From: Azolla caroliniana
Lineage: Eukaryota; Plantae; Polypodiophyta
Length of the DNA stretch: 64,000 nt
Assembly (NCBI GenBank): GCA_043228905.1
Contig: JBHGNT010000002.1
Span: 18,910,001-18,974,000 of the forward strand
Direction of reading: 5' to 3'
This document shows positions 47,368-60,449 of the stretch, piece after piece; the first letter of the stretch is position 1; every line of letters starts with the position of its first letter. Made by a program: the position numbers and the translations under genes. The notes below the pieces were generated by a model that worked only from the letters and a program-made list of their open reading frames with translations, was not told the origin of the DNA and did no database searches.

Positions 47368-47802
47368 TCAGGAGTCATCATCTACCAAACCAATATATGT
47401 AAGATTAGCTCTTCGAACCCTTACAGCTCCTTTCAGCCAGGCACAGGCTTTGCTACTGCCACTTTCGGTTGACACAAGGACTCCACCACTACCCACATTA
47501 GACGAGGTAGTTAGATCCTCTAGTAGCATCCATGGATCAATTTCTGCATCCATATCTTGAACTGGATTTTGTTTTACTTTCCCGATGAGATTGTCCAGTC
47601 GAATAGGAACCTTGGATGAGGTGGTAATAGAACTCATAGTTGATGAACAATTTGTACTTAGTTGTATAATAGGTAATGCAGAAGCAGGAACCTGTGGAGG
47701 ACCAGAGGCAATAGTAGGCATAGGAGATGGAGCAAGTATAGGCATTGCAGCTTGTATTCGTGCACGAACCATTGAAGGAAGGTGCATATGATCCAGATCA
47801 AC
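47368..47802 (-). CDS. MED12: MED12 coding exon 12 (last)
   Basis: VDLDHMHLP..EIDPWMLLED..LVDDDS*. Confidence 0.94.
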   Translation of the reverse strand, partial: VDLDHMHLPSMVRARIQAAMPILAPSPMPTIASGPPQVPASALPIIQLSTNCSSTMSSITTSSKVPIRLDNLIGKVKQNPVQDMDAEIDPWMLLEDLTTSSNVGSGGVLVSTESGSSKACAWLKGAVRVRRANLTYIGLVDDDS

Positions 47803-50800
47803 CTGCATACAATAAGAAACTTAGATAACAACAAAAGCATGATATGCTAAATGAAAATAGTTTAGAATATTAGCTAATATTAGACAGCTACAAAAACAAA
47901 GTGCTTCATCATGACATGTTTGCTGATAATATGGAATATTATTAACCTGCATCCTATGGATAATCTCCTTATCAAAGGGTGGGACCTCCCGAGGAGGTCT
48001 TGAGTTTGCCTTATAGGAGGGTTTTTGCTTTAGCCAGGAAGCCCAGGTATTACTTAGGAGAGCATGAAGAACACTCAAAATCCTGTCAAAGAGATTTTCG
48101 CCTGCCATCACAGCTGCGGTGGCGGCGGCATTCCACTCCAAATCCCATCCACTAATAGGAAGAGAATCATGCTGCACAAAGCAAAATGTTTCTATACTTT
48201 CTTGAACAAAACGAGTTCCCAGAAGCCGGAGTAGTACTGGAGCTAGGAGTGAACGCATATTTCGCCCTGTCTGATCTCTGCAACACCTCATCATTTTAAG
48301 TTTTCTTCAAAACAAATCTCTCTACTTCTGGATGTTCAAAACTATCCAAGCTTATAATTTCATCATTACCATAACTTACCTGTCTGTATAAATTGGTGGA
48401 AGAAGGGGAAGAAGAAACTGAAGACGTAACCATAAGGAAGTTTGCAAGGCTGCTACAGACGGAGGCAATAAATCCGCCACCGAAACACCTCTGCGACCTA
48501 TACCAGGACTAGATGATTCGAATCCAGTTCTAGAACCTTTCTGAGAGCCAAGACGCTTACTTACACCACTTTCTGAAGTTGCCACACCAGGCCTACCAGA
48601 GGGACGTACAATAATATTTACTTGCTGTTCTAACTCACTGATTTGCTTCACCAATCGTGACGCAAACCTGCTATATGTTTCCGTAGAGCTACGAGCTAGA
48701 CAGGGAAGCAGCAAATCAGCTAGTGCCTTTTCAATAGCAAATTGCTTTTGCATTACTAAATCCCCATTCTGGGAATTTGGAACTCTATCATTTGATTGTT
48801 TTCTGAAATCCAGATACTCTTCAGCCACTTCACCCTCCTCTGGAGAAGCAACCTCTGATTTCCCTTGTTTGTTACCTGAACCACTCTCTTCGGGCTGTGG
48901 TGGCACCCATTCCCACACTCTGAACCTTCCAGAACCAAGTTTGAACTTTTGCCGGTGCGCTACCTCTTCAAGCTGTTGCCTCAGAAATTTCCTCCCTAAA
49001 ACCACATCCCCATTCTCTAAAATCCACTGCACCTGCAAGATTAGGTAGTCTTCAAATGCTCTACCCAGCAGACGCAGGCCTTCCGAGTACAATCCTGCTG
49101 CATCTGGACGGACAAGCAACCGTGTCAGAATCATATCTGTGAAGTTTTTCTCTGGATCAGAAAGGTTTTGCTTGTCCATAATAGCTAATCTGGCAGCATG
49201 CATAGCTTCTGTTGCCAATGACATATTCTGCGCCTCAAACTTATCCATGAAGATTTGCTCATTAAGCAAAAGTCTTATTTCTACCCATTGCCAGTGGAAT
49301 GTTGCAGGATGCATATCATCTAGAATCTGCACCAACTCCTCTGTGAGAGTGACATGGCCCTTCCCATTTGCATGAATTTGTATGTACATCTCATCTGTAG
49401 CTACTGTGGGTAGCTTGTGGTCAAGGATAGCATGAAGAAACAATCTTGGACGTGAGGGAACCATGCAGGACAGTTTTGTTGGCACATCAGCCCCTTTGTT
49501 ATCTAGAAAAGACGCATATTCCACATCACTTGTGTCAAAATGAAGAAGGTCAACTAATGCTTTTGTGTCTTGTAAACAAACTTCACTGAAAGGATCGTGG
49601 GCAAGAAGATCTCCTATCGCTGCATAACTCAGTTGCTGAAAGGATGTATCATCTCTGTTTAAGCCAATAATGGAAGAAGTCTGATCACCCCTTAGAGAAA
49701 TTGAAAACAAAGAATAGGCAGGAAGAAATACTGTGGCAAGAGTTAAAAGCCGTTGCATTCGTCGGAGTGCAAGGATGTTTGATTCACCCAATACATCAGC
49801 AAGCAATCCACCTGCAACAGTTCCACAATCACCAATCAACACCCTAAACCAGAACAAGTGCACCTCAGCCATGTTCTCACTCTTCACAGCAGTCCCAGTA
49901 GATACTACCCGAGACATTCCATTGGCACCTACAGTGTTAATTTTTGATAGCTGCAAATTCTCCAGCCCTTCCTTAATCTTTAATAAGGAAATGATATTTT
50001 CCAAACTAACTACGTCTTCAAGAACTGCACAAACTACAAAAGCTCCTACAGCTGCTGCTATTGTATTTGACCTTGAAAAAAGGAAACCATTTGATCCAGC
50101 ACCAACTTCATTCAACGTGGAGCTAGGATCAGGAGTCTCAGGAGAAAGCTGAAATTGAGGCTTAGGTGCTCTGATGTGAGAATTTCCACTTACATTTGCT
50201 ATCACGGCAGTAGCTTCACATGCAAGAGCAGACTCCAAGACCTTGGTTTGCTTCTCACCAAGGGCTTCTTTAAGATATCGCAAACATTGCAGGTGTGCTT
50301 GTAATATCCGACGAGTACACTTCAAACAAGAAGCCATAGAGGCTGAGCTAAAGTACACGCTACTTGAGGCAAGGTTTTCAAAGACACCTGCAACAGCATT
50401 TCCTACATTGCTCACAACAGCAGAAACTGCAGCTGCTGCAAGCTGCATGTCACCACTCACTGTACTGCCTGCTTGCTGTTTGATGCACTCTAGAAGTCCA
50501 CCTGCCACAGACTGAGCTGCCTGAACACCTTCTCCCCATCTTCCTGGACCAGCATCTTTAAAATTTCCAGATACAGCGATTTCTCTTTCCTTGGTTATCA
50601 TCTGGTTAATAACCTCCTGGAATCCTCTACGAACATGATCCCTCATATGTGGACCAAATCTCACTAGACGTCCCATCAATCGTGGAGGCAGAGAATCATC
50701 CCGATCCTCGCCAATATTGGGGGAATTTACACCCAGCAAAGGAAAATTAGGCTCACTGTCTGCAGCCTTTAATAATTCCAGTTCATTAACCATCCTTTGG

Positions 50801-51066
50801 TCACTACATGGTCTCCAATTCTTTTCCCATAGTTGAACGCTCTGAAGACTACCATACTTTTTGTAGAGTTCACGAATGTATGCAAACAAGGATGCACAAG
50901 AAATTCTACTGCTTGACCCAGATATCAGTAATAATGTTGCACGTTGCATTCCTGCTGAAAAGACCTCTGGCAGAAGATTTGTAGCCAGTAAAACACCTTC
51001 ATACCTGAACAAAAATCATGGGAAATATCCTAAGTTTACCAAAAGCATTATTTTATTAAGATTGGG

Positions 51067-51113
<47 letters not shown>

Positions 51114-54100
51114 TAATGAATGATTGGATTGATTATTAAGATGTTATCTTGATTCACTCAACAGTGCTCTAATGCTTATCCCCAGGGTAGTACCATTAAC
51201 AAAAGGTTAGCCTCACTTCATGCAAAATCTTTTGGTAGTTATGGATAGGAATAAAAAATGAAGTTGCAAAGCAGCAGGATAAATTTTACTGAAGCTCAAA
51301 TAGGACAAAACATATAACAGCACACCTACGCAGGCTTGTCAGAATGATTGATTCGCTGATCATACAGGCAAACTCCTTGCCCAACAAAGCAGGTGAAGTA
51401 GAAAATCTGTAGTTTTGGCCTGGTGAAACTACATTGGATATGCTAGCTTTTGGAAGCAGCCATAGTAAAAACCTGATCAATAAACAGAAGTCATTTGCAG
51501 CATCTAGAAGACAGAGAATTGCAACAAGATCCTCTTCTTCAAGTTGCCACCTTATTGAACTTCGGTCATCAGCAGCAGGGGTACCACCAATAGTTACACT
51601 CAATCTTGCCGACTGCTGCATTGATGTGGAGACTGATGCAAGTTTGTTGCCACCTTCCACAAGACTGCGCACGGTTGCATCAAGCCAGGTAGCTACAGCC
51701 CCTCTATTAGACAACCGAAGACGTTTTAAAATTCCAATAATTTCTTTGAGATCTGGCCATAAGGGATTCTTCTTTCCTTCTTTGATTTGAGAGAGCACAG
51801 TATCTACAATTGCAGGTTTATGGTAAGGGCAGCTAACCTTACTATCACAGATGTGACTAGAAGATGCTCCTTGACTGCCCTCAGTGCGAATAGCATCCAA
51901 TTGCGCAAGGCTTAGTTTTCGTACAGTTTTTGGTCTACCTCGAGATGGTTGTTTTGCTGGATTGATGACACCAATGGGCTCAGTTTTTACAGCATCTACT
52001 GGCTTTGGCTTCTTCTTTATCCACCACAAGTCAGCATTGTCCCCAGCACTTACTCTATGTCCTTGAATGAAGACAGAATTTCCCTCATTGTTTCGCTGCT
52101 TTTTATTTCGATTACACTCATTACAACTAGGGGTTCCATCTAGTTTTTCTACCAAGGTTTCTTGTGACACTGACTGTCTTTTCAGAGATGTCTGTAATGA
52201 AAATGATTTATCATGTGATGACCCTGCTTCCACTCCAAAGCACCAGTCAGGGAAATGAAAGAATTTTGCAATTGCTTGCTTCAACTCCATCACCTTTGTT
52301 TTTTTCTTTTGTAATCTTCTTGTTTTGGCAATAGTGCAGGAAGATTTTTCTGCAAAACTTGTTTCCTGAACAGTCTTCTGAAATTGCTGCTGATTAGCAA
52401 CTGACTGATGTTTTAAAAAACTGGAATGACGCGGAACAAATTCCTGTAGACAAAAACGCCTCTCATTCCGATGAATACGGATAGCCTCAGTTAGTTCTGG
52501 ATCTAGATTTTGTCTTCCTTCTTCCTCCATACTTAAGCCAGGAGGCCATGGCAAATGCTGAAGAAGGTATCTATGCCTCGATGCACGTTCTTTATCAGTA
52601 GCCGCCTCTTTTTCAAGCACCCCACTAACAATAAGCTTCCTTACATAGGCAGGAGGCCAAAATAATCCTTTCTTTACAAGCTCCCACAAAAGTAGCTGCA
52701 ATCTTTCAAATCCCTCACCCTTCCTTAGGTCATGTTGATCGAGCCATACGGCTATTATATCATGAATACGTCCTGGGCTATCAAAAAATGAAGATGCTTT
52801 GCAATTTTCAGAACCATTCACCTCGGCTTTTTTGCCTCCACATACTTCACCATTAGTGTTATTGGTCTCCCTTTTTTCTTCCACCTCTTTTAACCTTAAG
52901 CAAAGAACTGAAACTGCTATAAGAACTCTACATGCAGATTTCAAACTGGCAGTCCTATGCTCCACCATTGGTGTATTCGACATCTTCCTGCAATCCCTGA
53001 AGTCACATATTGCCCACTCGCATAAAAACCGCACAGAAAATATCTCTGCAGGGCTTGCATTTCCTGAGGAACAAGATCTGAGCTTAAGCCACGGACTGAC
53101 TTTGGAAAGCCATTCATCTGGTGGCTGCTCATGACCACAAAAGTCTTCATCAAACATACAGTGATATACAGCTAGAATATCTCCGGTGATAAGAGCCTTA
53201 TCCAAACACTGAATGACGCTACCTTCATTTTTTCTTAAACTTCCTGGATTTACTGCCTTTGCAAGAGATATAGCCCTTCTGTGTATGACATCAGCCATAA
53301 ACTTAACCCCAATTTCGTAGGCATGGTGTGATCTTTTGTGTCTATAAGATTCCCTTTCAACTGAAGACCCCAGCAATGCCCTTACTTTTTCATCCATAAC
53401 TTCTGCAGGCACTCGTTTTCTGCTCAGAAAAATGTAGGCTGGAAGAGGAAAGCAATCCAGGGCCACAAAACTATCTGGAACTACTGTGATGAGATAGCTT
53501 AACAATTCTATAAAAAATGTAGCAGTATAATTCTCTCTAGGTCGTTCAGCAGGATCCGGTAAGTTATGACCAGGACATAATCCCTGCAGCTTATGAAGGA
53601 AAATGTCGACAACTGGACGAACTAAAGTTTGGCATGTGGAAATATCATCAATGAGGTCCAAAACAGTTGGCAAAAGCAATTCAACAGCATCCAATGCCTC
53701 TCTTTCCTACAAAGAAATAAAATATAGCTTTTATGTCAAATTAGTCAGTTTTTGAATTCTCATGAATGTTTCCACACACCTGCAACTGTTTCAGAACCCA
53801 GTCAATGACTTCTGCTCGATGAAGCAACCCCTCTGACATATGTAGTTGCAAAACGTGATACATATAATGCCATCTTTTGAGCAAAGGTGGTTCTTCTTCA
53901 TCAATGCTGCCATGTGAGAGATTATTAGGTTTCTGAGAAGAACTGTTAGTTGGCAAGATAGTACCACTGTCCCTCCCTCCAGCTGAAAATTGTGTTTCTT
54001 CATGCTGGCACAACTCATCTAAAAGTGATTGCATATATTCCAAAACCTCTTTAGTCCACAATTCAACTCTCTTTTGTTGCAATTTGTCTGCACCTCCAGC

Positions 54101-57100
54101 AGACATACCGATAGATAAAGGGCGGACCTGATTATAGAAGTAAAGAACCTTTGAAGATTTCAACTCATAAAATGGTAAAATGTATATCCATTACACTGTA
54201 TTTGAAAATATGAATCATATTTTAACCTGATTAAGGTACATAACTTTGATGTACCATGAAGCACGGAGAAAAGGAACCTGATTTTTGACAAGAGCATCAA
54301 AGAGAGATCGACGTCGCAATCCATGTGGAACATGATCTGCCAATACTCTCAACCTCTTATGTTGTGATAGATCCTGGAAAATAATAACAGCAACTCATAA
54401 CCAAATAATCTAAGATGAAGATATTTCACATATTTCTATACCACTTTCATGAAAATCTTATTTCTTAAGTTAAATGTGAGGCCCAGATATTGCATCTGCG
54501 AATATTATACAGTTTGACATAGTGTACCCCCTCTAGTAATGAGCAGCCTAGTGAGAACAATCCCATTCAGCAAGCTCTACAGTTCTTTGCTCACAGGTTA
54601 TCCTTAATATTCAAAACAAGGTGGTCCCCTTGTGGGCATGCAGTTGTTGGATAGTATCAGAAATACATATATACATGCATATGTATGCATGTGTTTTCTC
54701 AGGAAACTATTCTTCAAATCATTAGTTATAAAGTGCATGAGAGAGGAACACATTCAAAAATGTTGCAATGGACCTGGGCACCTATTTGACTACAAGATAA
54801 TTCAACAGATATTAGAGGAAAGCACAGACCTCAATCCATTTCTTTCGATTATCCTCTCCAGAATGTCGCTGCTCTGGGAAATGCCCAGGATTTGCTAATA
54901 AAGGACCTGATAAAGGAACTCCATACACTTGTCCAGCCTGAAAATGAGAGCCATGTCATTCACAGAAGTTAAATCTGATATCTGATTCTAAGGTGATGAG
55001 TTGAGACATGCTAACTCACCTTTCTCTTGCGTAAAAGAGAGTTATTTAGGGCAGTAAGGCGTTTGCGTATTGCCTATAAAGTAGAAAGCTTAGTTATATA
55101 TGCAATTCAAGATTAATTCATGAATAAATTAATAATTAAGAAATATATCAAAGAAACACAAAAACAGGCATTTATTGACATGCTGACGAATTTCCTACCT
55201 CTTTGTATTTATTAATCAATGGTTTTGCCCAAACTTGCTGTTTTACTAGAGAATATGATGTTTCGCGAGATTCCTGAGAGAACTGAATAGTTAGAAGTTG
55301 ACCTGGTACTGTATTTAATTGAAGGAACAATACAAACATCTCAAATATGTGATATATATAATGCAAATACCTCAATGCCATCAACAGTTTCTTTGTACCC
55401 ATTCTGAAAAGCATCTCTACTGAGTGACTCTTCTGCACAGTTTGGAGTTGGTGGAAAGTAATCTGGGGGACCAAGACTGCAAAGGTTCTTTTATTAGTAG
55501 TTGTGTAAACCTAAACAAGACATCCTTAAAGTGAATGGAGCAGCTAAAAAACAGTAAGGAAGAAGGGATTGATCATTTTCTTTGTTCTCTTATACCTCAA
55601 AATCTATTGGCGCCATGTAAGCTATGAGGTGTCTATAGCTGACAATCTAGTTCAAATTTTATCACACAAAATCAGAGACTCCACCCTGATTCTCACTAAT
55701 TGGTAGTTTCTTGCATCATTGGGAATGGTCACGGTTTCTTCCAATGGCATGGGTAAGGAATCTCTGAGCACTTTCATTTAGATCAATGGGCTCTACGATT
55801 ACCATATTTTGCAGTAATAATTTTGTGTATCATTTGGGTTGCCACTGTGGGAGACAATATCACCATTCTGTTTCTCATTTTGCAGTGCAAACCAAACTAT
55901 GCTCAGTTACACTAAAACCATGCCCATGTATGCAATCCATATTACCCGGCTCCATTATTTCTTTTTGTATTTGAGAAATAATCAGACTTAAAAAATTGTT
56001 TCACCAATGGACTGTAGTAAACTCTTCTAAACTACAAAGATACTAGAGGTATTTTGCTCAAAGTTTATTTTACGCTTTCTACCCTTTCATGCATTCTTTT
56101 TATTTTTTTGTTTCTCTAGAGACTTCATACTAGTGAATAGGAACATTTTGAAAATCCTTAAGTTCATAAATGGATGATAATCTAGTCTTTCCTTACTTAT
56201 TAGTGAGATTCTCTATGCACAGACTTCTAGCTATGTCAATTTCCCATGAAATAGTACATTTTGTGACCAAAAAGAATCATCAGGAATTATTATATATTCT
56301 AGACTGCCATCATAGACTCTTAAACATGATGTTTCCATCTAAAATGCTTATATGAGCTATTCAAATATAGAAAAGAAAACAGATCCTTTTACTCCCAAAG
56401 AAGTATCATCTCTCTACCATCCCACATATAAAAAACCACGACCACCACTGGACATCAATATGAAATTTGTTGTCTAAAAGCTACAATTGCACCAAATGGC
56501 ATACCGTGCATTTAATGGTTCTTGATCACACTTCAAAATGTATGGTATCAGGGGTACAGATCGCCTGCACAATAAATAAAATAAATTGTATCAGGAACTG
56601 ACTACTCCAGGGTCCACATACTGTTAGGATAACTTGTATTTTTAAGCATTGTTAGAGGAAGGATAGGAGCTGCTCTTGTGATATAAATTGAGAATCTACA
56701 ATATTGACAGGAAACAAAAAGCCCATGATATATTCAGTACTTACAGTCAACAATAACTCCAGTTATGAACAATTCAAGAGAGCTGCACATTTATGTTTTT
56801 ATAATTAACATGCTATGTTTGACATGAATGGAAACACCATAGCGAAACTTTGAAACCAGGAAACATTTCTGTGATACTTCTCAGGCTACCTCAGCCCAAG
56901 CCTCAGAACTGATATCCAATGATTTTATCATTGAATTTATTTATGATTTATTCATTTCCTTGTTGACCAAAGTGTTATATATGTTTTGCGCATTCAAGCT
57001 TTCAAATCATCGTCTTAATTATTTTCAAGTTGTGTGGTGTGTGGTGTGTGGTGTGTGGTGTGGTGTGTGGTGTGTGCATTATGCATTATTCTGTGAGTTG

Positions 57101-58505
57101 TGTGATGTGTATGGCCACCAACGTAGAATCAATGGAGAGAGAGGCAAAAAAAGGTTAGTTCTATTCCCGTCTATTTCAGAGAAGTGATCCCCAAAACAGA
57201 TCGAATGCAGGAAGGGCATGTGGCTCACGAGATTAGAGCAGGTAGCTATGAAACAGATTTCAGAGGGTTTGAGTCACTCCTGGCCTACAAGAACCCAATC
57301 ATCCCTGAGATTTCCTTTATCTCCAAAGTGGGAGTCGCACACAATCTCATGTGTATACAAGAGACACAGCTTGATTCCCGATTTGATTCATCAGTGATTG
57401 ACCACAATAGAAAGAAGAGATAGGGGCTTTATATCCCTCTATTTTTTGTTGAAATTTTGACATTTATTATAAAAATTATTATTAGTTAGGATTGCCAGTA
57501 TTTGATTGTTTCTCATCAAACATCAAAAGGAGTTTGATTATATTTCCTTAACATGTTCATGTCCAAAACTCCCGAATTACACAGAATTAAACCATCCTTG
57601 AAAGAGAGATGGATTTTCTGTTCATCTCCAAAGGTTTGGACTGTTTCTGTTGTCCTCTCCTATGTTGGAGCAGCAAGTGGATAATACATTTGTACACAAG
57701 TATGTACTCTTTTGCACCAGAGAAAAAAAACAAGTATGATCAATACTTTGATTCGGAGTAGGAAAGTATACTCATGCAAGTAATATTTATTTCATGAACA
57801 AAAGAGATAAACCTACATGGACTTTCTGACGAAGGTAGAAGTTGGGATTTAGTAAGGCTACATCATATACTGAGATTGCAACCATGTGCATGTGATAAGG
57901 ATTGTGGAGCATCAGAGTCAACTCGGTGATTGTGAAGTTCGGCAGGGCATTCCTGAGGTCTCCCAGGGTGCTAAAAATAGGGAACCCATTGCCATTATGC
58001 AAGTGGTGATATATAATAAAGGGTGTGGTGGGCTTAAGTTTTCGAAAGAAAAGGTTTGCTTGTTCAAACTTCTGCAATAACAAGGATTTGCAGAGATTCC
58101 ACTTCCGGGTCATTAATGACTCCGTTTTATTCATCTTAATATACACATAAATAAATAGTGACAGAGTAAACCTCTCTAAATTGGTGACCAGGAACATTTG
58201 AAATGTGAAATGCGCATTTCAAAGGGAGGGAAAAAAGCTTGACTTGAACACTCAAAGGGGGAAACAGAAAAGGCTTAAAGAATTAACTGACTTTGTAATG
58301 CAAAGTGGGGTCAGAAAGATGAGAAGGCTTGGTAAATGACTAACCTTGTATTCAAAGATGGAGCTGAAAAGCTCGAATCCGGGCGCACAGCTTCTTTCTG
58401 GAGTCCACTGGATGATGCAGCAAGAGAAGAGGGGAGGGGAGCTGAAGCTGGAGCCAGACTGGGGGTGGGGGTGGGGGTGGAGGTTGGAGGAGGATATCTG
58501 TGCAT
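47368..58505 (-). CDS. MED12: Mediator of RNA polymerase II transcription subunit 12 (12 coding exons, 6831 nt, 2276 aa)
   Basis: Exons 58345-58505, 56505-56564, 55371-55476, 55199-55273, 55020-55073, 54830-54937, 54227-54373, 53780-54127, 51326-53706, 48380-51004, 47947-48277, 47368-47802; all GT-AG and phase-compatible. Motifs match plant MED12: MHRY.., PYILKCDQEPLNARLGPPDY, RKRKAGQVYGVPLSG, LRVLADHVPHG..VPFLRASWYIKVMYLNQ, IEGSQGASSSH-like, FHWQWVEIRLLLNEQ, C-terminus WLKGAVRVRRANLTYIGLVDDDS. Confidence 0.96.
47947..48277 (-). CDS. MED12: MED12 coding exon 11
   Basis: DQTGRNMRSLLAPVLLRLLGTRFV..HRMQ. Confidence 0.92.
48380..51004 (-). CDS. MED12: MED12 coding exon 10
   Basis: Corresponds to ORF 48376..51012, trimmed to AG/GT sites. 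Confidence 0.94.
51326..53706 (-). CDS. MED12: MED12 coding exon 9
   Basis: Corresponds to ORF 51286..53694, trimmed to AG/GT sites. Confidence 0.94.
53780..54127 (-). CDS. MED12: MED12 coding exon 8
   Basis: VRPLS..ELWTKEVLEYMQSLLDE..IDWVLKQLQ. Confidence 0.93.
54227..54373 (-). CDS. MED12: MED12 coding exon 7 (Med12 domain)
   Basis: DLSQHKRLRVLADHVPHG..RASWYIKVMYLNQ. Confidence 0.94.
54830..54937 (-). CDS. MED12: MED12 coding exon 6
   Basis: AGQVYGVPLSGPLL..RKKWIE. Confidence 0.92.
55020..55073 (-). CDS. MED12: MED12 coding exon 5
   Basis: AIRKRLTALNNSLLRKRK, flanked by AG/GT. Confidence 0.88.
55199..55273 (-). CDS. MED12: MED12 coding exon 4
   Basis: ESRETSYSLVKQQVWAKPLINKYKE, flanked by AG/GT. 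Confidence 0.85.
55371..55476 (-). CDS. MED12: MED12 coding exon 3
   Basis: LGPPDYFPPTPNCAEESL..GYKETVDGIE. Confidence 0.92.
56505..56564 (-). CDS. MED12: MED12 coding exon 2
   Basis: RSVPLIPYILKCDQEPLNAR, flanked by AG/GT. Confidence 0.9.
58345..58505 (-). CDS. MED12: MED12 coding exon 1
   Basis: ATG at 58505, MHRYPPP..SLNTR; donor AG|GTTAGT. Confidence 0.85.
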
Positions 58506-58739
58506 TTCTCTGGCCTTACCAAACACTGCATACTGCCACAGCTTTCTCTACCCTCAGGTCACGAGCTCTCCATGTATGCTCAAACCTTCCAAGGCCATAA
58601 GGCATTGGCCTGGCACCTAAACTCAGGTCGATATGCGCATGTATATACCATATGCGTATATACATGCGCGTGTGTATGTATATGTATATACAATGTGTGA
58701 AAATCTGCAAGAAAGGAAAACTTTGATTAGCTTTGACCC

Positions 58740-58776
<37 letters not shown>

Positions 58777-59575
58777 TCAAAAATGCCAGTTGGCCTAGAT
58801 TAATAGGTATGTAAAATATGTACATTATATACATACAAAATGAGAGTCTCCAAGAAAGAAAGAGTTTATTTAGCTTAACCTAACTCCGAAAAAGAGACAT
58901 GAGGTTAAGTTGCTATAATGAACTTCTATGAAGCGTGGGCATTCTGTCTACTACTTCTTATACATCACCTAGAACACTAAACTGAAACGTTTGTATCCGT
59001 CTGTCTGTATGTAAGTATATATATATGTACCTATGTATGTGCGTAGATATATATAATCTGGGTCGGGAAAACGACCTTGATTAGCTTTATTTAACTCAGA
59101 GAGTATTTTCTGAGATTTTTCACTTCAAGTGCGCGGCCTATATATATGTATAGGTGTGTGTGATGTGGTGTATGCGAGAATCTGAAAGAAATTCCTTGAC
59201 TAGCTTAACTAGGAGAATAAGTTCTGAGATTATTTACTTGAAGCGGAACCTATGTACGTACGTTTCGAATATGCGTATATATGTGACAATCTGTAAAGGA
59301 AAGACTGACCTCGATTAGCTTTAACTCAGGGAGGGGAAAGTTTTTGAGGTTAAAGACGATATAATGAAGATTCCATGGAGTAGTGTTGAGTTGATCAGTC
59401 TGTTCTGTTCGGAAGTGAAAAGGAAGGGGGGGGGGAGACAAAAAGTGTAAATTTATGCTGCAAAATGCTCGCATCCACCAGATCCAGATCGCGAAGAGCT
59501 CGAATTGCGGGTAAGGAGACGTCTCCGCGACGGACAACAGGAAGAGGAACGTGATAAATCGATGAGGAAGGAGAA

Positions 59576-59584
59576 TTAGGGTTT
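59576..59584 (-). promoter_or_regulatory. Telo-box (AAACCCTAA) in the putative MED12 5' leader
   Basis: Exact motif on -, within a CT-rich leader-like stretch upstream of the first coding exon. Confidence 0.5.
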
Positions 59585-59793
59585 GCAGAGCGGGGGGGGG
59601 GGGGGGAGAGGGAGGAAAGAGTTTCTGCACAGAATTGAGACAGAGAGAGGAATGCGTGGACACTTGAAAGAGAAAGGGGGCAAAAGAGGGCAGAGTTTCT
59701 TCCAGTCAAAAGAAATGAACATACATACATTATTATTGCATACATACATACATCATTATTACATACATACATACATGCATGCATGCATAGAAC

Positions 59794-60051
59794 CATAGAA
59801 TGAACCATACGTATCATACGCGCATTCGCATGCTCGTTTGATTCAATAAAACGTGAATGGTAAATCAACTAAAAGTTGGATTGGTTTGACACGTTTGATT
59901 GGATTAACTATGGTCTATATTATGGGCTAAATTTGCAATGTAAACAAATGAAAAAAAGAAAAAAAAAAAGGAGCGCGTATTTTTCCTCTTTCAAACGTGT
60001 ACGTTTTCAAACGTTTGAATGCCTCCACGAACACGAATATTACGTTCTATG
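59794..60051. mobile_element. hAT-type MITE (258 bp) in the MED12 promoter
   Basis: TIRs CATAGAATG../..CGTTCTATG; 8-bp TSD CATAGAAC (59786-59793 and 60052-60059); related to 63443-63725. Confidence 0.85.
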
Positions 60052-60449
60052 CATAGAACTTAGAAGAATAACTTCTCAAAAAAATGGAGTTGCCCTCCTG
60101 CGAAGGTAAAGGAATCTGCCACCGGCAATCGCTTAGACCGCGCTCAAACCAAGTATGCTAAGTCAACTTCTTTTTTTATTTCACGGGAAAGGAATGTGCC
60201 GGCGATCACTTAGACCGTGCACCCAATTCATGTTTAAGGATGTGAATGTGGTGGACTTAGCATTGGTTTGAGCTTCCAGCCAATGTAGGTGGTGCATGAG
60301 CCTCTCGGAAGGAGCACAAGGTTTGCTTCAAATTTTGTGGTTGTTGATTGGGTGTCCATTAGTTGGTTTCTTTCTTGCTCGTGAACTGTTTGCATGTAGA
60401 CTTAAACTCCGAAGGTCTTATTATGTTTTTATATGTAGATTGTGTCGTT

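Noticed and set aside
47585-53134. Plus-strand ORFs overlapping MED12 exons, and similar antisense ORFs over pol genes
   Set aside because: Shadow ORFs of real coding sequence on the opposite strand
57184-58197. ORFs in the first coding intron of MED12 (57184..57423 +, 57787..58197 -)
   Set aside because: Short, with only a weak CIQET (LINE endonuclease-like) hint; not needed for the MED12 frame
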